DNA of 36,976 nt, taken from Anaerolineae bacterium (lineage in GTDB: Bacteria; Chloroflexota; Anaerolineae; B4-G1). Numbering within the stretch: position 1 is the first letter of the stretch; each line of letters opens with the position of its first letter. The notes below the pieces were generated by a model. It ran no database searches, was not told the origin of the DNA, and worked only from the letters and a program-made list of their open reading frames with translations. This document shows positions 33,301 through 36,976 of this stretch, in pieces. The stretch is taken from assembly GCA_050049955.1 (NCBI GenBank), contig JASFVG010000002.1, forward strand, positions 1 to 36,976. Reading direction: 5' to 3'. A program made the position numbers and the translations under genes.

Positions 33301-35171
33301 TAACCGCAGGGGACGACGGCACGGTCCGGGTCTGGGATGTCTCGACCCTTCGACAGCCTCAGGACGGCACTGCACTCGACACAGACGGAGGGATCGCTAC
33401 AGAACTGCTCATCCTCTCTGGCCATTCCCGGGCGGTCAATCGGGCGGTGTGGAATGGAGATAGCAGCCGTATCCTCACTGCCAGCGATGATGGCACGGCG
33501 CGGGTGTGGGATGCCGACACCGGAACCCCCCTGGTCACCTGCTTTGGCCACGCGGCCCCTGTCAACCAGGTGGTGTGGAACTCCGACGAAAGCCTCATCC
33601 TGACCGCGAGCGACGACGGCACGGCGCGGGTGTGGGATGCGGAGACGGGAACCAAACTGGTCACCCTGTCCGGGCATGCAGAAGCCGTCTCGCAGGCTTT
33701 CTGGAGCCGGGACGAGAGCCGCATCCTGACCGCCAGCGACGACGGCACGGCGCGGACGTGGGATACCTCGGCTGCGCTCAACACAGGGACCGAGACAGGG
33801 GCCGAGTTGCTCATCCTCTCCGGTCACGGGGACAGGATCACCCAGGTCAGGTGGAACGCTGACGAGAGCCGTATCTTGACTGGAAGTGCGGACAGCACGG
33901 CACGCGTTTGGGACGCGGAAAGGGGAGGGGAACTGGCCACCCTCTCCGGTCATAGAGGGGCAGTGAACCAGGCTGTGTGGAACGGAGACGCCAGCCGCAT
34001 CCTGACGGCTGGCCGGGATCGCACCGCGCGGGTGTGGGACTCGGTTACGGGGACAGAACTACTCACCCTCTCCGGCCACGTAGATGAGGTCAGACAGGTC
34101 TTGTGGAGCTCCGACGAGGACTGCATCTTGACGGCCGGCCAAGACAACACGGCGCGGGTATGGGATGTTTCGACGCTGCGGCAGACTCAGGACGGCACTG
34201 CACCCAGCACAGGTGCCGAGGCTGGTGTCAAACTGGTGACGCTTTCCCATCAGCGTGCCACTGTCATTAGCGACCCATGGGGCCTGCGAGCCATGTGGAA
34301 CTCCAATGGAAGCCGCATCCTTACCGCCGGCGACGACGGCACAGTACGGGTGTGGGTCGTCTCGACCCCACTCGACACAGGTGCGGAGACCGGCGACGAG
34401 CTGCTCACCCTGTCCGTCAGCGGTTACACGGTCCTCCAGGCCGTGTGGAACGCCGATGAGACTCGCATCTTGACCGCCAGCCGGGACGGGACGGCGCGGG
34501 TGTGGGATGTCTCGGCCGCCCTGGACACAGGTACTGAGACGGGGGCGGAGTTGATCAGCCTCTCAGGCCACACAGGGCCTGTCAATCAGGCAACCTGGGA
34601 CTCGGATGAGGGCCGTATCCTGACCGCGGGCGCTGACGGCACGGCGCGGACGTGGGACGCCGAGTCCGGACTCGAATTGCTCACCCTCCTTGGTCACACG
34701 CACGAGCTCTGGTCGGCGCAGTGGAACGGTGACGGAAGCCGCATCCTGACCGCCAGCTCCGATGGCACGGCGCGGGTGTGGAACGCCGAGGACGGGCTGG
34801 AGCTACTGACCCTCTCCGGTCACACTAACGAGATCCACCAGGCGGTGTGGAACGGCGAAGAAAGCCGCATCCTGACCGCCAGCTCCGACGGCACGGCGCG
34901 GGTGTGGGACGCGGCGACGGGGGCCGAGCTGTTCACCCTCTCCGGTCACACCGATGCGGTCAATCAAGCGGTGTGGAGCCGGGATGACAGGCTCATCCTG
35001 ACCGCCAGCTCCGACGGCACCGTGCGCCAGTGGTATGCCTGGATGGAGGACTTGCTAGAAGCCGCCTGCCAGCGCGCCCCTCGCAACATGAGCCAAGAGG
35101 AGTGGCAGGAGTTCATGAAGGATGAGCCATATCGTCCCACATGCCCGGGGCTGCTGGCGCCCGCGGCATAG
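30327..35171 (+). CDS. SARP (winged-helix + BTAD) - P-loop STAND NTPase - TM helix - 16x WD40 repeat protein
   Basis: SARP start FHLRLLGPVHIEHDGKPV and BTAD (ELYRGEFLEG...EEAHRAAMRLLAQGGQRSAALAQHETCRRILAEELGVEPS). STAND entry motif FKGLAFFDVADADLFFGRD. Walker A GTSGCGKS (31278-31301) and Walker B LLLVVDQFEE. Hydrophobic helix LTLAAVGAAAIFLALAVFGRIGW (32580-32645). Sixteen repeats end in R(V/T/Q)W(D/N/V/Y). SD GAAGGA upstream. Confidence 0.9.
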   Translation: MKGAFHLRLLGPVHIEHDGKPVRGFRSRKALALLAYLAVEGQPVPRQRLVDLFWGDKAESQGRNNLSWVLHRLSTRLPGCLQADRHTVEFPRGPSGGSCWLDLDTFEELATQGDAASLERAAELYRGEFLEGLYLKGCPEFELWQVRERERWRRRVTGVLNELVGHHSRQGKIEQGLHFARRLLRLEPWREEAHRAAMRLLAQGGQRSAALAQHETCRRILAEELGVEPSEATERLYQQIQAGDLASVAAVRGLDLLSQPPAPGDPPFKGLAFFDVADADLFFGRDILTARLVQLLGEPPTPSPEEGVGGGGFLAVVGTSGCGKSSVVRAGLVAALQRGKPLADGTPPPEGSHLWPVVIITPTANPLESLALGLTRSVDPMPAATALVDNMARDFRSLHRHIRRTLSPSAQARTGRRLLLVVDQFEELFTQCHDPAQREAFVDNLLTAAAAPSPSQGEGWGEGEGHGGDDGSTLVVITLRADFYHHCAQFESLRAALEQHQAYIGPMTLDELRSAIEEPARRSGWNLEPGLVDLLLRDVGDEPGALPLLSHALLETWKRRRGHTLTLGGYAETGGVQGAIAMTAEAVYQRLDESQQAIARNIFLRLTELGESTQDTRRRARLAELLPRPEEATTVETVINTLADARLITTERETVQVAHEALIREWPSLREWLEEDRAFRVWQGRLWAALRQWEASDGDEGALLRGAPLMEAEQWLAQRSGDLNPNERSYIRESVNVREREQTAQERRRRRLTLAAVGAAAIFLALAVFGRIGWRQAEELRQEAEVRRQVALSRQLAAQSVNQLGVGSHATALLLAIEAGRAAETAEATSLLHELFTRLGYPILTLSGHTDGVQWVEWNEDGSRILTASSDGTVRVWDARTGAELIVLSRHAGGVTQAMWNRDEQLVLTAGEDRAARVWDAETGSELVALTGHRDAVRQAVWDSDESRILTASSDGTARVWDASTGAEVLTLSGHDGAINQAAWSDDEHRILTAGDDGTVRVWDVSTLRQPQDGTALDTDGGIATELLILSGHSRAVNRAVWNGDSSRILTASDDGTARVWDADTGTPLVTCFGHAAPVNQVVWNSDESLILTASDDGTARVWDAETGTKLVTLSGHAEAVSQAFWSRDESRILTASDDGTARTWDTSAALNTGTETGAELLILSGHGDRITQVRWNADESRILTGSADSTARVWDAERGGELATLSGHRGAVNQAVWNGDASRILTAGRDRTARVWDSVTGTELLTLSGHVDEVRQVLWSSDEDCILTAGQDNTARVWDVSTLRQTQDGTAPSTGAEAGVKLVTLSHQRATVISDPWGLRAMWNSNGSRILTAGDDGTVRVWVVSTPLDTGAETGDELLTLSVSGYTVLQAVWNADETRILTASRDGTARVWDVSAALDTGTETGAELISLSGHTGPVNQATWDSDEGRILTAGADGTARTWDAESGLELLTLLGHTHELWSAQWNGDGSRILTASSDGTARVWNAEDGLELLTLSGHTNEIHQAVWNGEESRILTASSDGTARVWDAATGAELFTLSGHTDAVNQAVWSRDDRLILTASSDGTVRQWYAWMEDLLEAACQRAPRNMSQEEWQEFMKDEPYRPTCPGLLAPAA
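32853..35040 (+). repeat. Coding tandem repeat array (WD40 units, basic period 126 bp) with very high inter-unit nucleotide identity
   Basis: Strings of the type gcatcctgaccgccagc(tcc/gac)ga(c/t)ggcacggcgcgggtgtggga recur near 33170, 33470, 33595, 33720, 34740, 34866 and elsewhere. Five units carry 9-15 extra codons directly after the W-D position. Confidence 0.8.
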
Positions 35172-35202
35172 GAGAGGCGGACCACGAAAGGGGGAGCAGG
35201 AG

Positions 35203-36963
35203 ATGCCTGTCAAGAGGAAGATCATTCTGAGTATCATCGTGGCTGCCAGCGGCTTGCTCATCTCAACCTGTGCGCCGAGCGAAGCTACCGAGACCGTGCC
35301 CATCACCGTGCCGCCGGAGCAGGTCAAGGCCGAGGTGGAGGCCACCTCATCACCCGAAATCGGCGAGGCAACGCTGGAAGTGCCGACCGAGGTGCCCGCA
35401 GAGGCTGCGGAGGAGGTCCCAGAACTGTCCGAGGGTTGCACGTACAACGCCTACGTTATGGGCTGGGTGATGGATTACGCCGACCCTGAGAACGTCCTCA
35501 ACGTCGCTTACCACCCGGACTCGCCCTTCCAGTCCACCTTCTGGGACGACCAGGTCTACCGCGACTTGGCGGATCGGGCGCTGTTGGAGCAAGACTCTGA
35601 TGCCCGGATAGGGCTGTGGCAGCAGGCCGAGGACATTCTGGTGACCGACTACGCCGTTATCATTCCTATCTATCACTACGACCTCACCGCGCTGGTGCGC
35701 CCCGAGATCCAAGCCGAATACACGCCGTTTGGCATACCCAACTACAAGAGGTGGCAGTTGCCACCGGGGCAGGACACACTGCGAGTTACCTTACCCGTAG
35801 ACCCAGCGACGCTGGATCCGAACACTGCAGCCGACACGGACGCCCTCGATGTGCTGGACCAGTTAATGGAGCCCCCCTACCGCTACACCGGTGACGGCGG
35901 CCTAAGGCCAGCGGGCGCTGAGTCCTACGCGGTGTCGGACGACGGACTGGTCTATACGATCCATCTGCGGCAGGACGCCACATGGTCCGACGGTGAACCC
36001 GTGACTGCCCAGCACTATGTGGACGGGATCACCCGACTCCTAGACCCAGCCACGGGAGCCGACTACGCCTGGCTGATGTACCTCATCCGGGGTGCCGAGG
36101 CCTTCAACACAGGCGAGAGGGACGCCCCTTCCTCCGTTGGGGTGCGCGCCGTCGATGCCCAGACGCTGGAGATCACATTGGAGGAGGCAGCCTCGCACTT
36201 CGACAGCATCCTGGCCCTATATACCATGTACCCCATCCGCATGGACGTGATCGAGCAGTACGGCGAGGCGTGGATCGCGCCAGGTAGCTTCGTGGGGAAC
36301 GGCCCCTACCTGCTGACCGAGTGGGTGCGCGATGACTATATCGTCGTCGAGAAGAACCCCGACTACTGGGGGGCCGACACTGTGACGGTCGAGCGTATCG
36401 AGTTCTCCATCTTCGAGGAGGAAGCACCCAAGCTGGCCGCCTACGAGCGCGGCGAGCTTGACGCCACCGCTCACCTCTACGATGCGGAGTTGGTGATACA
36501 TATCCTCGACAAGCTGCCAGACCACCTCAGGCGCGTGCCCTTTCCCGGCACGTTCTCCGTCGATCTGAACACCCTTCGATCTCCGACGAACAACCTGAGC
36601 CTGCGCAGGGCCCTGGCATCCGCCGTGGACAGGTGGGCCATTATCGACGGGACCCTACATATGCCGTGGCGCCTCGCAGCCTGTGGCGCAATCCCCCCAG
36701 AGATTTCCGGCTACCAAGGCTGCGGCGAAGTCGGGTACGGCTATGACGCCACTGTTGCGCAGGAGTACCTGCAGGCTGCCTTGGACGAGATGGCCGTAGA
36801 CGACCCGGCAGATGTCTCCATCAATCTGTGGACCAACCGCGGTATGGAAGAACCTGCGAGGGCGATTGCCGATCAGTGGGAGTCTAACCTGGGCATCGAG
36901 ATCAAAGTAGCAATCATGGATTACAAGGGCTTTCTGGAGATCCTCGACGCCTGCTCGGGTTGA
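35203..36963 (+). CDS. ABC transporter substrate-binding protein, family 5 (peptide/nickel type), probable lipoprotein, apparently circularly permuted
   Basis: Signal MPVKRKIILSIIVAASGLLISTC, with GGGGGAGCAGGAG upstream of ATG 35203. SBP_bac_5 hallmarks are present: TLDP, GNGPYLL, EKNPDYWG, and GW..DYADPEN. The GW..DY.DP block lies near the N-terminus instead of the C-terminal third. The track ORF start at 35122 overlaps the upstream gene and is rejected. Confidence 0.8.
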   Translation: MPVKRKIILSIIVAASGLLISTCAPSEATETVPITVPPEQVKAEVEATSSPEIGEATLEVPTEVPAEAAEEVPELSEGCTYNAYVMGWVMDYADPENVLNVAYHPDSPFQSTFWDDQVYRDLADRALLEQDSDARIGLWQQAEDILVTDYAVIIPIYHYDLTALVRPEIQAEYTPFGIPNYKRWQLPPGQDTLRVTLPVDPATLDPNTAADTDALDVLDQLMEPPYRYTGDGGLRPAGAESYAVSDDGLVYTIHLRQDATWSDGEPVTAQHYVDGITRLLDPATGADYAWLMYLIRGAEAFNTGERDAPSSVGVRAVDAQTLEITLEEAASHFDSILALYTMYPIRMDVIEQYGEAWIAPGSFVGNGPYLLTEWVRDDYIVVEKNPDYWGADTVTVERIEFSIFEEEAPKLAAYERGELDATAHLYDAELVIHILDKLPDHLRRVPFPGTFSVDLNTLRSPTNNLSLRRALASAVDRWAIIDGTLHMPWRLAACGAIPPEISGYQGCGEVGYGYDATVAQEYLQAALDEMAVDDPADVSINLWTNRGMEEPARAIADQWESNLGIEIKVAIMDYKGFLEILDACSG

Positions 36964-36976
36964 TCTTCTCCAGTGT

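Noticed and set aside
35122-35202. N-terminal extension of the substrate-binding protein ORF
   Set aside because: It overlaps the end of the STAND gene and reads as Arg/His-rich. A strong SD precedes ATG 35203, which starts a signal peptide.
1-36976. Mobile element, prophage or genomic-island boundaries
   Set aside because: I saw no integrase, transposase, recombinase or tRNA gene, and no long terminal inverted or direct repeats. GC content looks uniform apart from short intergenic dips, so horizontal acquisition of the T7SS-like cluster cannot be argued from this window.

Overview
High-GC (about 63-65%) bacterial chromosomal window with dense coding and strong AGGAGG-type ribosome-binding sites. 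The domain repertoire (SARP-STAND-WD40, Pro/Thr linkers, FG-GAP, WXG100) suggests Chloroflexota or Actinomycetota, but I cannot decide this from sequence alone. The left third (1-15.9 kb) is mostly housekeeping or envelope genes: a partial epimerase, a macro-domain protein, a DUF4230-like protein, a Wzy/O-antigen-ligase-like membrane protein, a DUF348-G5 lipoprotein, an M24 Xaa-Pro peptidase, a SHOCT-like small protein, an RsbV/RsbW/GAF-PP2C partner-switching operon with no sigma factor, Lon protease and a PIG-L deacetylase. The centre (15.9-30.0 kb) is one co-directional minus-strand cluster that I read as an atypical, minimal type VII (WXG100/ESX-like) secretion locus wired to Ser/Thr-phosphorylation signalling. 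In transcription order it encodes a small conserved protein, a 7-blade FG-GAP protein, a single-pass membrane protein with three extracytoplasmic repeats and a cytoplasmic FHA domain, four divergent WXG100-like proteins, a zinc-ribbon tail-anchored pseudokinase, a three-P-loop EccC/EssC-like FtsK/SpoIIIE ATPase, a ubiquitin-like(YukD/EsaB-type)-FHA fusion, and an active Hanks kinase. No EccB/D/E/MycP or EsaA/EssA homologues are recognisable. Divergent from this cluster is a 1614-aa SARP(BTAD)-P-loop STAND-TM-16xWD40 protein, followed by a family-5 ABC substrate-binding protein whose sequence order looks circularly permuted. I found no rRNA, tRNA, CRISPR array or mobile element. Most other ORFs in the six-frame track are antisense or overlapping high-GC artefacts.
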